NCBI GenBank assembly: GCA_965205485.1
Contig: OZ242180.1
Coordinates: 3,744,001 to 3,808,000, forward strand
Source of the DNA: Candidatus Latescibacterota bacterium
GTDB taxonomy: Bacteria > Latescibacterota > UBA2968 > GCA-2709665
Direction: 5' to 3'
Length of the DNA: 64,000 bases
Notes under the pieces: generated by a model
Told to the model about the DNA's origin: nothing
Seen by the model: only the letters and a program-made list of their open reading frames with translations
Databases searched by the model: none
Part shown: piece after piece, positions 48,311 through 58,195 of the stretch
Layout: the number at the start of each line of letters is the position of its first letter
Position numbering within the stretch: position 1 is the stretch's first letter
Made by a program: the position numbers and the translations under genes

Positions 48311-49576
48311 ATGGAACGAGTTCCGGATGAAGTTCGGTTGGATCTGCTGCTGAAGGGCGGGTGCGTCATCGATCCCGCGAACGACGTCGAAGGCATTCGC
48401 GACGTGGGAATTCGGGACGGAAAGATCGCCGAGGTCGCAGTCGGTATCGACCCGCAGCGGGCGAAGCGCGTCATCGACGTATCGGGCCTTCTGGTCGCGC
48501 CGGGGCTGGTGGATATTCACGTCCACGCCTACGACACCCGTGTGGAGCCGGCGCCCGGAAAATTCACCGCCAGCCTGAATGCGGACGCGCATTTTCTGAG
48601 CGACGGCGTGACGACCTGTGTGGATACCGGGACGGCAGGATGCGACGAAATGTCGCACTTCAGGCAGACGGTGATGGAGAAGAGGATCTGCCGGATATTG
48701 GCGTTTCTGAACATCTCGGCGCCGGGAATGGGGAATTCGGAGCAGGATATCCGCACGTTTGACGCAGCAGGCGCTGCATCAGCCGCGACGGACCAAAGGG
48801 ACGTGGTGGTCGGCATCAAGACGGCTCACTACTGGCCGCGAGGGCCGTTCGATGCCGACCATCCTCCCTGGGCCTCCGTTGACGGGGCGGTGGCGGCCGG
48901 GGACCTGTGCGGGATGCCGGTGATGGTCGACTTCTGGCCCCGCCCGCCGGAGCGTTCCTACAAGGAACTGATCCTCCGCAAGCTGCGTCCCGGCGACATA
49001 CACACGCACGTTTTCGCCCGGCAGTTTCCCGTTGTCGACGCGCAAGGCAAGGTGCGGGACTACATGTTCGAGGCCAGAGACCGCGGCGTCTGGTTCGATC
49101 TCGGCCACGGCGCGGCCAGCTTCTGGTACCGCAACGGCGTCCCCGCGATAGCGGACGGGTTCCCGCCGGACTCGATCAGTACGGACCTGCATACCGGAAA
49201 CATCCGCGGGTCCGTAGTCGGCATGACCGACACGATGTCCAAATGTCTCCTGATGGGAATGCCGTTGCGGGAGGTGATCTACCGGTCGACGGCGGCGCCG
49301 GCGGAGGCGATTCGCAGGCCGGACCTGGGCACGCTCGGGGTTGGGGAGGAGGCGGACGTTGCCGTACTCGCCCGCCTCAAGGGAGCGTTTTCCTTCCGGG
49401 ATTGCGGATGGGGACGGATGGACGGGAACGAGCGGCTGGCGTGCAAACTGACACTGCGAAAGGGGGAGGTTGTGTGGGACGGAGACGCCCTGACGGTCGC
49501 GGCGTGGCAGGACCTGCCCGACGACTACTGGGAGACGACGATTGTGCCGGTACCGATTCGGCGGCACTGGCGTTAA
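48311..49576 (+). CDS. Amidohydrolase/deacetylase family metallohydrolase (dihydroorotase-like)
   Basis: 'PGLVDIHVH', 'GVTTCVDTG', 'VGIK', 'DIHTH', 'DLGHG', 'ISTDLH'. Confidence 0.85.
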   Translation: MERVPDEVRLDLLLKGGCVIDPANDVEGIRDVGIRDGKIAEVAVGIDPQRAKRVIDVSGLLVAPGLVDIHVHAYDTRVEPAPGKFTASLNADAHFLSDGVTTCVDTGTAGCDEMSHFRQTVMEKRICRILAFLNISAPGMGNSEQDIRTFDAAGAASAATDQRDVVVGIKTAHYWPRGPFDADHPPWASVDGAVAAGDLCGMPVMVDFWPRPPERSYKELILRKLRPGDIHTHVFARQFPVVDAQGKVRDYMFEARDRGVWFDLGHGAASFWYRNGVPAIADGFPPDSISTDLHTGNIRGSVVGMTDTMSKCLLMGMPLREVIYRSTAAPAEAIRRPDLGTLGVGEEADVAVLARLKGAFSFRDCGWGRMDGNERLACKLTLRKGEVVWDGDALTVAAWQDLPDDYWETTIVPVPIRRHWR

Positions 49577-49657
49577 CTTGAAATGCACCGCGCAATCACC
49601 CGCGCGGTCGACGGCCCACGCCCCCGTTTTGGCGTTCATCGGAAGAATTGGATTCAC

Positions 49658-50800
49658 CTACCAGTCGGCCACGCTCCCGTCGGACTCATACGTGTATTCG
49701 CCGCCGAGTTCCTCCGTGTACCTGCACGCTCTCCGGACTTCGCGTTCATCGAGTTCAATACCCAGTCCGGGTTCTGCGGGGAGCGCAATGTGTCCGTCCT
49801 TCACCCGCCAGGGGTTCTTCAGCAAACCTTCTCCCAGGCACGCGTCGACCTGCTCCTGAATCAGAAAGTTGGGCGCGACGGCGTCGACGTGCAGGCATGA
49901 CGTGAACGCGACGGGTCCGATAGCGCAATGGGGCATGATGTGCATATAGTAAACTTCGGCCATGTTGGCGATCCTGAGGGTCTCCGAAATGCCTCCGGCG
50001 TGCGAAACGTCCGGCTGGATGTAGGCCGCGGCCTGATTTTCGAAGATCCTGCGAAATTCCCATCTGCTGAGCAGTCGCTCACCGGTGGCGATGGGAAAGG
50101 GGACCCGCTCGGAGACGCGCTTCAGGGCATCCACGTTCTCCTGCGGCACGGGTTCTTCCACGAACATCGGGCGCATCCCCTTGAGTTCGTGGCAGATTTC
50201 AATCGCCAGCGCCGGCGTCATTTTTCCGTGGAAATCGAAACACAGCTCCACATCGGGGCCGACCCACTCCCGCATCAGGTACGCCCGGCGGACGAATTCA
50301 TCGATCACGGCGGGGGGTTCATGGCCCCGCCACTTTCCTCCGGGCCCGGTCTTGAAAGCCTTGTAGCCCCCGGCCTTCCGGAGGCTGTCAAGGCGTTTCC
50401 GTGAAGCCGCCTGTTCCTCTTCCGAAAGCCCCCCGATTCCCCAGTGCGCGTAGACCCGAATCCTGTCCCGTACCGGGCCGCCAAGCAACCGGAACACGGG
50501 CGCGCCATGGTATTTGCCCGCGATGTCCCAGAGCGCCTGGTCGATCCCCGACAGGGCGGTCATCAGGACGGGGCCTCCCCGATAGAACGCGGATCGGTAG
50601 ATATGCTGCCAGTGGTGCTGGATTCTGAGGGGGTCTTTTCCGGAGAGATAGGTCGCGAGTTCCTCGATAGCGGCCATGGTGCTTCCGGGCCTTCCCTCCA
50701 GCGTGGTTTCCCCCCATCCCGCCAGGCCGTTATCGGTCGTGATTTTCAGAAGGCGGGTGCGCGGCCTTGGAAAGAACTGTTCGATGCGATCGATTTTCAT
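49658..50800 (-). CDS. dgoD: Galactonate dehydratase family (enolase superfamily)
   Basis: 'GWGE..LEGR', 'FYRGGPVLMTALSGIDQALWD', 'DFHG', 'FVEEP', 'ATGER', 'QPDVSHAGGI'. Confidence 0.82.
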   Translation of the reverse strand: MKIDRIEQFFPRPRTRLLKITTDNGLAGWGETTLEGRPGSTMAAIEELATYLSGKDPLRIQHHWQHIYRSAFYRGGPVLMTALSGIDQALWDIAGKYHGAPVFRLLGGPVRDRIRVYAHWGIGGLSEEEQAASRKRLDSLRKAGGYKAFKTGPGGKWRGHEPPAVIDEFVRRAYLMREWVGPDVELCFDFHGKMTPALAIEICHELKGMRPMFVEEPVPQENVDALKRVSERVPFPIATGERLLSRWEFRRIFENQAAAYIQPDVSHAGGISETLRIANMAEVYYMHIMPHCAIGPVAFTSCLHVDAVAPNFLIQEQVDACLGEGLLKNPWRVKDGHIALPAEPGLGIELDEREVRRACRYTEELGGEYTYESDGSVADW

Positions 50801-50850
50801 GCGGTTTCCTTCATGAGCAGGACCGCTCCCTGCTCTTTACGTCCGTTTCT

Positions 50851-51531
50851 TCAGACATGGCGGTCCAGGGTTGAGAGACAGGCGCGCGTGTGTGGAATGG
50901 GATCCGCCGTGCCGCCCTGGAAACGCGTACGGGTGTCGTCGACAAGATGGTCGAGTTGCTCAGGGGTGTCCACGTCGTACCAGGACGGCAGGATGCCGGC
51001 TGTGAGACCCAGGGACCGCACCCGTTCAAGCGTCTGGTCGAAAACGCGCTCCGTACTCCATGCGATGTCCTGGAAGATCTCGCGCAGGGGCCTTGCGAGG
51101 CCAACCAGATAGTACCCGCCGTCCGTGCTGGGACCGAGCACGATATCGTGACCCTGAAGGAGTTCGAATGCACGGTTGACGTGGCGGGGCGGCAGCGATG
51201 GCACGTCGGTTCCGATGATCACGACGCGTCCGGCGCCCAGATCGAAACAGTGGCGGGCCGCCTGATACATACGTTCGCCGAGATCGGCACGGGCCTGCGG
51301 GAAAAGGATCCAGCCCGGTCCGGCCAGATCGGAAAGATCGGCTTCGGACCCGGGCGGGTCGCAGGCCACGCAGCGCCGATCCGCGGTTGCTTCGTTCGCG
51401 GCTTGTACGGTGTCCAGGATGAAAGCGCGATAGATTGCCGCTGCCTGATTCGGCGTGTACCTGGAATGCAGTCTGGTCTTGACCGAGCCGGGTTCGGGGT
51501 TCCTTGCAAAGATAATGAGACAGGTGCTCAC
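50851..51531 (-). CDS. DUF2064 / TIGR04282-like glycosyltransferase-fold protein
   Basis: 'ARNPEPGSVKTRL', 'DLGERM', 'IGTDVP', 'LGPSTDGGYYLVG', 'DVDTPE'. Confidence 0.85.
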   Translation of the reverse strand: MSTCLIIFARNPEPGSVKTRLHSRYTPNQAAAIYRAFILDTVQAANEATADRRCVACDPPGSEADLSDLAGPGWILFPQARADLGERMYQAARHCFDLGAGRVVIIGTDVPSLPPRHVNRAFELLQGHDIVLGPSTDGGYYLVGLARPLREIFQDIAWSTERVFDQTLERVRSLGLTAGILPSWYDVDTPEQLDHLVDDTRTRFQGGTADPIPHTRACLSTLDRHV

Positions 51532-51570
51532 GGCTGCCCGGGTTGATTGGGTTGTTTGACGCGGGCGGAT

Positions 51571-53037
51571 TCAGGCGCGGGCGTTCCCGTCCTCCAGCTT
51601 CCGGCGCAACAGTTGATTGGCCACTTTGGGGTTCGCCTGGCCTCTCGTCGCCTTCATGATCCGCCCCATGAAGAATCCCAGCAGCTTTCTGTCGCCATTT
51701 CTGTATCTGGCAACTTCGTCCGGGTGTTCCAATATCAGGCCGACGATCAATTCCTCGATCTCGGATGAATCGCTGATCTGCGCCAATCCCTGCTGTTCGA
51801 CGACCGCTTCCGGCGACGCACCGGATTCGGTCATCTTCGTGAATACGTCTCTGGCGATGTTTGCGCTGATGGCGCCCGCCCCGATCAACTTGAGCAGCGC
51901 GGCGAGGCCTTCCGGGGTGGCCTTGAGTTCCGCAATGCCGATCTTGCGCTCGTTGAGTGTGCGCAGGACGTCGCCCTGCACCCAGTTCGCGGTGGCTGCG
52001 GGTTCGGCCCCGGCCGATACGGCGGCTTCGAAATAGTCGGCCACTTTCCGGTCCGCGACGAGCGTGTCGATCTGATCCGTCCGCAGACCGTAGACAGTCG
52101 CGAAACGGGTGCGTCTCGCATGGGGCAATTCGGGTACGGTGGCCCGCACCCGGTCGATCCACTCCCGGTCGACGACAACCGGAACCAGGTCCGGCTCCGG
52201 GAAATAGCGGTAGTCGTCTGAAGACTCCTTGCCCCGCATCGCGCGCAGCCGGCTGCGGTCCGGATCGAACAACAGGGTCTGCTGCGCGATTTCGCCCCCG
52301 GCTTCGGACGTGTCGATCTGACGCAGTATTTCGAGTTCGAGTGCGCGCCGGCAGTTGCGTATGGAGTTCATGTTCTTGATTTCGACCTTGGTGCCGAGCC
52401 CGCTCGTTCCGCGCGGCCGGATCGACACGTTGGCGTCGATCCGGATGTGGCCCTTTTCCATGTCCCCTTCGGAAACCCCGGTGTAGGTCAGCAACTGGCG
52501 AAGGCGGGACATGAAGTGGTAAGCCTCTTCCGGCGATGCGATGTCCGGTTCTGTGACGAGTTCGATGAGGGGGACCCCGCACCGGTTGACGTCCACAAGA
52601 GACTCGCCGGCTGCCACAAAAGCTTCGTCGTGGATGCTCTTGCCCGCGTCTTCCTCCATGTGGATGCGAATGAGGCGCACGGTCCTGGTGCCGCTCCCGG
52701 AGGGGATGTCGATGCTTCCTCCCGTGGCCAGGGGCATTTCTTCGTTGGACTGAAATTGGGAAATCTGATACCCCTTCGGCAGATCGGGATAGAAGTAGTT
52801 CTTCCTCAGGAAGCGGCTTCGACGCTGGACGGTGCAGCCTACAGCCAGGGCGATGCGTATGGCGTGTTCTACGGCCTCCCGGTTCAACACGGGCAACGCG
52901 CCCGGCAACCCCAGGCAGACAGGGCAGGTGCGCGAATTGGCTTCGTCTCCGAAAGACACGCCGCAGCCGCAGAATATCTTGGTCCTCGTGGCGAGTTGGG
53001 CGTGAACCTCAAGACCGATGACGGGCTCGTACTTCAT
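51571..53037 (-). CDS. gatB: Asp/Glu-tRNA amidotransferase subunit B
   Basis: 'IGLEVHAQL', '[14 protein letters not shown]', 'HMEEDAGKS', '[10 protein letters not shown]'. Confidence 0.97.
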   Translation of the reverse strand: MKYEPVIGLEVHAQLATRTKIFCGCGVSFGDEANSRTCPVCLGLPGALPVLNREAVEHAIRIALAVGCTVQRRSRFLRKNYFYPDLPKGYQISQFQSNEEMPLATGGSIDIPSGSGTRTVRLIRIHMEEDAGKSIHDEAFVAAGESLVDVNRCGVPLIELVTEPDIASPEEAYHFMSRLRQLLTYTGVSEGDMEKGHIRIDANVSIRPRGTSGLGTKVEIKNMNSIRNCRRALELEILRQIDTSEAGGEIAQQTLLFDPDRSRLRAMRGKESSDDYRYFPEPDLVPVVVDREWIDRVRATVPELPHARRTRFATVYGLRTDQIDTLVADRKVADYFEAAVSAGAEPAATANWVQGDVLRTLNERKIGIAELKATPEGLAALLKLIGAGAISANIARDVFTKMTESGASPEAVVEQQGLAQISDSSEIEELIVGLILEHPDEVARYRNGDRKLLGFFMGRIMKATRGQANPKVANQLLRRKLEDGNARA

Positions 53038-54494
53038 CGGATCAACTCCTGTTCGACCACGTAGGCGGCCCTGAGCAGAAGATCTTCCTTGAAGGCCGGA
53101 GCGAGCAGCTGCAGTCCGATGGGCAGGTCTTCCGCCGAAACGCCGCACGGTACGGAAATACCCGGGATTCCGGCCAGGTTTACCGAGACGGTGTAGATAT
53201 CGGACAGGTACATCTGAAGCGGGTCGCTGGTCTTTTCGCCAATGCGGAACGCCGGCGTCGGCGACACGGGTGCGGCGAGAAGGTCGCAGTATTCGAAGGC
53301 CTTTTCAAAGTCCTGCCTGATGAGAGTGCGCACCTTCTGGGCTTTCAGGTAATAGGCATCGTAATAGCCGGCGCTGAGGGCATAGGTGCCGAGCATGATG
53401 CGACGCTTGACTTCCTCTCCGAACCCGGCACTTCGGGTCCGGCAGTACATGTCGATCAGGTCGTGTCCCTCTGTTCGACGGCCGAATTTGATGCCGTCGT
53501 ACCGGGAGAGATTCGAGGATGCCTCTCCGGTGGCGATGATGTAGTAGGCGGCTACCGAGCAGGCCGGATGGCAGGCTACGGGGAGGTCGACCTCACGGAC
53601 TTCCGCACCGGCGTTTTCCAGGACTTCAACGCTTCCGATGATCGCCGCGCGCACCTCGTCGTCAAGGCCCTTTCCGAAATACCCCGACGGAAGCCCGATC
53701 GTCAGCCCCGCGACGCCCGCTCCAAGGCCCGCCGTATAGTCCGGTACGGGTAAATCCACGGACGTGGAATCCCGCGCGTCGTGTCCGGCAATGACGTTCA
53801 GCAGGAGGGCGGCATCCCTTACGTTTCGTGTCACGGGGCCGATCTGGTCCAGTGACGACGCGTAGGCAATGAGGCCGTATCGGGAGACGCGGCCGTAGGT
53901 GGGCTTGAGGCCGACAACGCCACAGAAAGAAGCGGGCAGACGAATCGACCCGCCCGTATCCGTACCAAGGGCGAGTACGGTCTGATTCGCTGCCACGCTG
54001 CCGGCGCTGGCGCCGCTTGAACCGCCGGGAACGCGCGTTGGATCGTGGGGATTGCGCACGGGTCCGTACGCCGAGTTTTCGTTGGAGGAACCCATGGCAA
54101 ACTCGTCCATGTTGAGTTTGCCGACGATCACCGCATCGGCTTCCCGCAGCCGCGCAACGGAGGTCGCGTCGTACGGTGGAACGAAGTTTTCGAGGATTCG
54201 GGAGCCTGCTGTGGTGAGCAGGCCGCGTGTGCAAAGAAGGTCCTTCAGGGCGACCGGGATACCCGCCAGGGGACCCACGGGGTCACCTGCCGATACCCTG
54301 GCGTCTACCTCCTCAGCTTTGCGGATCGCTTCGCTTTCATTCAGGGTAATGTAGGTATTGAGCGCCGGATTCGTCGCCCGGATGCAATGAAAAACGGCCT
54401 CGACAAGCTGTCTGGACGTAATATTGCCCGACAGAATCGACGCCGTGAGTTCGTGGGCGGGCCGTTCGTTCAGTGGCTTCCCTGAAACTGCCAC
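53034..54494 (-). CDS. gatA: Asp/Glu-tRNA amidotransferase subunit A
   Basis: Amidase signature 'PGGSSGASA...[16 protein letters not shown]', '[10 protein letters not shown]'. Confidence 0.97.
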   Translation of the reverse strand: MAVSGKPLNERPAHELTASILSGNITSRQLVEAVFHCIRATNPALNTYITLNESEAIRKAEEVDARVSAGDPVGPLAGIPVALKDLLCTRGLLTTAGSRILENFVPPYDATSVARLREADAVIVGKLNMDEFAMGSSNENSAYGPVRNPHDPTRVPGGSSGASAGSVAANQTVLALGTDTGGSIRLPASFCGVVGLKPTYGRVSRYGLIAYASSLDQIGPVTRNVRDAALLLNVIAGHDARDSTSVDLPVPDYTAGLGAGVAGLTIGLPSGYFGKGLDDEVRAAIIGSVEVLENAGAEVREVDLPVACHPACSVAAYYIIATGEASSNLSRYDGIKFGRRTEGHDLIDMYCRTRSAGFGEEVKRRIMLGTYALSAGYYDAYYLKAQKVRTLIRQDFEKAFEYCDLLAAPVSPTPAFRIGEKTSDPLQMYLSDIYTVSVNLAGIPGISVPCGVSAEDLPIGLQLLAPAFKEDLLLRAAYVVEQELIR

Positions 54495-54515
54495 CTTTCC
54501 TCCCTGAAACGGTTT

Positions 54516-54740
54516 CTACGGTTTGGCGGTTTTTTCCGAATCCGGAGTCTTGTTATCGGACTTGGAAGGGGGATCGACTCCGGTTTCGATTTCGTCCTGG
54601 ATATCCCGAAGCCCTCGCTTGAATTCCGTAACGCCCTTGCCCACGCTCTTGGCGATGTCGGGAATGCGTTTGGCCCCGAACAGCAGAAGGATAACCAGGA
54701 AGATCAGAAGAATTTCCCAGGTTCCGATGCCACCCAGCAT
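54516..54740 (-). CDS. tatA: Twin-arginine translocase TatA/E
   Basis: 'GIGTWEILLIFLVILLLFGAKRIPDIAKSVGKGVTEFK'. Confidence 0.92.
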   Translation of the reverse strand: MLGGIGTWEILLIFLVILLLFGAKRIPDIAKSVGKGVTEFKRGLRDIQDEIETGVDPPSKSDNKTPDSEKTAKP

Positions 54741-54874
54741 GAATTGCCTCGCATTCGTAAAGAACCGCGGTCCTGGCGTCGTGCGAGCCCGCCGGCGATG
54801 TTTCCGCGTCCCCCGAACCTCCAGGACGCCGCATCGCACGGCAGCCCCGACTGACAAACCGGGACGACAGTGAA

Positions 54875-55165
54875 TCAGTAGGAGTATTTGACGTAATAAT
54901 ACGCCGTTCCAATGCCGATCAGGCTGAGGACGTTGAAATCGAGCGAAAACCCCAACGTGAGCGTCAACACCAGCAGGTTCACGCGCATCGGATAGAATTC
55001 GTAAGCGACCAGGGGATCCACCAGCACCCTGGACACCATGTTGTCCTCCAAGCCCAGGCCGCCGAAGACCAGGTTCAAGACCGCGCCGAACACCCGGCTG
55101 GCAAGAATCCCAACGAAGATCGCAACAATCAGGTGACCGACGCTCTTGTTCTTCATCGACCCCAC
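54875..55165 (-). CDS. Small membrane protein, DUF4321-like
   Basis: Two hydrophobic regions; 'NLLVLTLTLGFSLDFNVLSLIG'. Confidence 0.65.
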   Translation of the reverse strand: MGSMKNKSVGHLIVAIFVGILASRVFGAVLNLVFGGLGLEDNMVSRVLVDPLVAYEFYPMRVNLLVLTLTLGFSLDFNVLSLIGIGTAYYYVKYSY

Positions 55166-55187
55166 TCCACTCCGGTTCCTGCGGGAT

Positions 55188-55904
55188 TTACATATCCGCG
55201 ACTTCCCGATGTACGATCAGATGCGAAAGCCACCGTACCGCGCCGGAGATCGAGAATGCAAACGCGATCGGAAAGAACGCTTCGTCCGGAAAGATCGCGA
55301 CCGGGATAAACGCGGCGACGGCGATCCCCAGTCTCCAACGGTCCCTTCGCGTTTCAATGCTGAACCTGGGAAAGGCGGGATATCCGAACTGGCTGACCAT
55401 GAGCAGGCCCAGAACCAGGCACAATAGAAGGCCGACGTGGGGTTCGCGGGTACTCTGCCAGACCCGTTCCGCGAAGACGATATAGGCCGCCATGGTAGCG
55501 GCCGCCGAGGGTATCGGAAGTCCGACAAAGTCTTCCTTGTCGTCTCCTTTGACCTGAACATTGAACCTCGCCAGGCGCAGCGCACCGCACAGCAGGAAAA
55601 GAAAACAGGCCGCAAACGGCAACCACACCGCGTCCAGCATTCCCTGCAGGTATTGAAACATCAGCACGGCCGGCGCCACGCCGAACGAGCAGACATCGGC
55701 CAGGGAGTCGAACTGAACCCCGAAGTTGCTGGGCGAGTCCATCAGCCGGGCGAGTTTGCCGTCGAAGGCGTCGAGAAAACCCGCGATGACAATCAGCCAG
55801 GCCGCCGGGACCAGTTTCCCGTCCATCGCATACGCGATCGCAAGGAAACCGCAGCAGAGGTTGCAAAGTGTGACCATGCTCGGGACGGCGGCCCTCTTTC
55901 TCAT
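55188..55904 (-). CDS. pssA: CDP-diacylglycerol-serine O-phosphatidyltransferase
   Basis: CDP-alcohol motif 'DAFDGKLAR...FGVQFDSLAD', 'LRLARFN', 'FVGLPIP'. Confidence 0.9.
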   Translation of the reverse strand: MRKRAAVPSMVTLCNLCCGFLAIAYAMDGKLVPAAWLIVIAGFLDAFDGKLARLMDSPSNFGVQFDSLADVCSFGVAPAVLMFQYLQGMLDAVWLPFAACFLFLLCGALRLARFNVQVKGDDKEDFVGLPIPSAAATMAAYIVFAERVWQSTREPHVGLLLCLVLGLLMVSQFGYPAFPRFSIETRRDRWRLGIAVAAFIPVAIFPDEAFFPIAFAFSISGAVRWLSHLIVHREVADM

Positions 55905-55945
55905 GTCGCATCGGCTCCGAAATTCGGCTGTTCTTCGTTCGTTGT

Positions 55946-57091
<1,146 letters not shown>

Positions 57092-57094
57092 GTC

Positions 57095-57841
57095 CTATTC
57101 TTCCGGTTCTTCGTAGGTGACTTCTTTCAAAAACAGGCCATGGGGCGGGGCGTTGGGCCCCGCAACCTGCCTGTTTCGGGCCTGCAGAATCGCGTCCATC
57201 GCGTCGGGCGCACGCGCGCCCCGTCCCACCTGAACCAGAGTGCCCACGATTCCTCGTACCATCGATCGGAGAAAGCGGTCGGCCGAGATTTCCACGTGGA
57301 CGGCGTCGTCGTTGCAGTCCAGGAAACACTCGAAGACACGGCAGTTCCGGTTCTCCTTCTCGGACGCGGCAACGCAGAACGACGTGAAATCGTGATATCC
57401 CAGCGTTCGCCTCGCGGCGGACCGCATCGCGTCGATATTCAGCCGGCTTCGCAGGTGCCACGCCTCTTTGCGGCCGATGGCCCTCCGGCGGTAGACAATG
57501 CGATACAGGTACGTCCGCCGCCTCGCGGACCGTCGGGCATGAAACGTGGGCGGAACTTCGCCTGCATCCAGAACGGCCACATCGGGCGGCAACGTGCCAT
57601 TGAGCGCGGCGCCGATCCGTTGTAAGGGCAAGGGATTGGACGTTGTGAAATTGGCCACCTGCCCAAGTGCGTGAACGCCCGCGTCCGTGCGCCCCGCGCC
57701 GATGGCGCGAACGGGATGCCCCAAAAGCGAAGTCAGACTGGTTTCCAGCGTTCCCTGGACCGTGCGCTGGCCGGGCTGAACCTGCCAGCCCTTGAAGTCT
57801 GTACCGTCGTATTCCAGTTGGAGCCGAATATTCCGTTGCAT
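57095..57841 (-). CDS. truA: tRNA pseudouridine(38-40) synthase
   Basis: 'YDGTDFKGWQ', 'GAGRTDAGVHALGQ', 'FLRSMVR', 'APPHGLFL'. Confidence 0.96.
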   Translation of the reverse strand: MQRNIRLQLEYDGTDFKGWQVQPGQRTVQGTLETSLTSLLGHPVRAIGAGRTDAGVHALGQVANFTTSNPLPLQRIGAALNGTLPPDVAVLDAGEVPPTFHARRSARRRTYLYRIVYRRRAIGRKEAWHLRSRLNIDAMRSAARRTLGYHDFTSFCVAASEKENRNCRVFECFLDCNDDAVHVEISADRFLRSMVRGIVGTLVQVGRGARAPDAMDAILQARNRQVAGPNAPPHGLFLKEVTYEEPEE

Positions 57842-58138
57842 TCCAGCTGGTTCGGCTTGAATTTTCGGGGACGACGCGTCCGGCGGCCTCGTTTCGGCAC
57901 TGACATGGGCACCTGGCGACGCCACCAGCGAATATCGAAACTGAATCTGCCAGAAGGCAGACCCGTAACCGTCGAGAATTCTACGAAATATAGCATCTCC
58001 AGCCGACAATGTCAATGGATTGTTCAGGTGGCGTTCCGTCCCCGGGGGACGGGTCACGGATGGACATTTCGATGCATCGATTGGACGTTTCTTTCAATTT
58101 GGCAGCGCATTAACCGGCAGTTTCGCCGGTATCTGACG

Positions 58139-58154
58139 TGGTACGGATTTTGCA
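58139..58154 (+). promoter_or_regulatory. Sigma-54 (-24/-12) promoter upstream of comEC
   Basis: TGGTACGGATTTTGCA about 40 nt upstream of SD GGAGG and ATG 58196. Confidence 0.7.
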
Positions 58155-58195
58155 TCTGGATTCATGGATCTTGGGGCGAAACGGAGGGGGCAAAG

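Noticed and set aside
50851..51531. Arsenosugar biosynthesis locus
   Set aside because: No arsS radical SAM, arsM or partner glycosyltransferase nearby; the gene sits in a housekeeping operon
54745..54872. GC-rich foldable spacer upstream of tatA as an ncRNA or riboswitch
   Set aside because: Stems are possible but no known RNA family motif was recognised; such pairing is expected by chance at this GC
57671..58195. Extended 175-aa N-terminus of ComEC, and of TruA to 58057
   Set aside because: The extensions overlap the divergent gene and promoter region; SD and family N-termini support starts at 58196 and 57841
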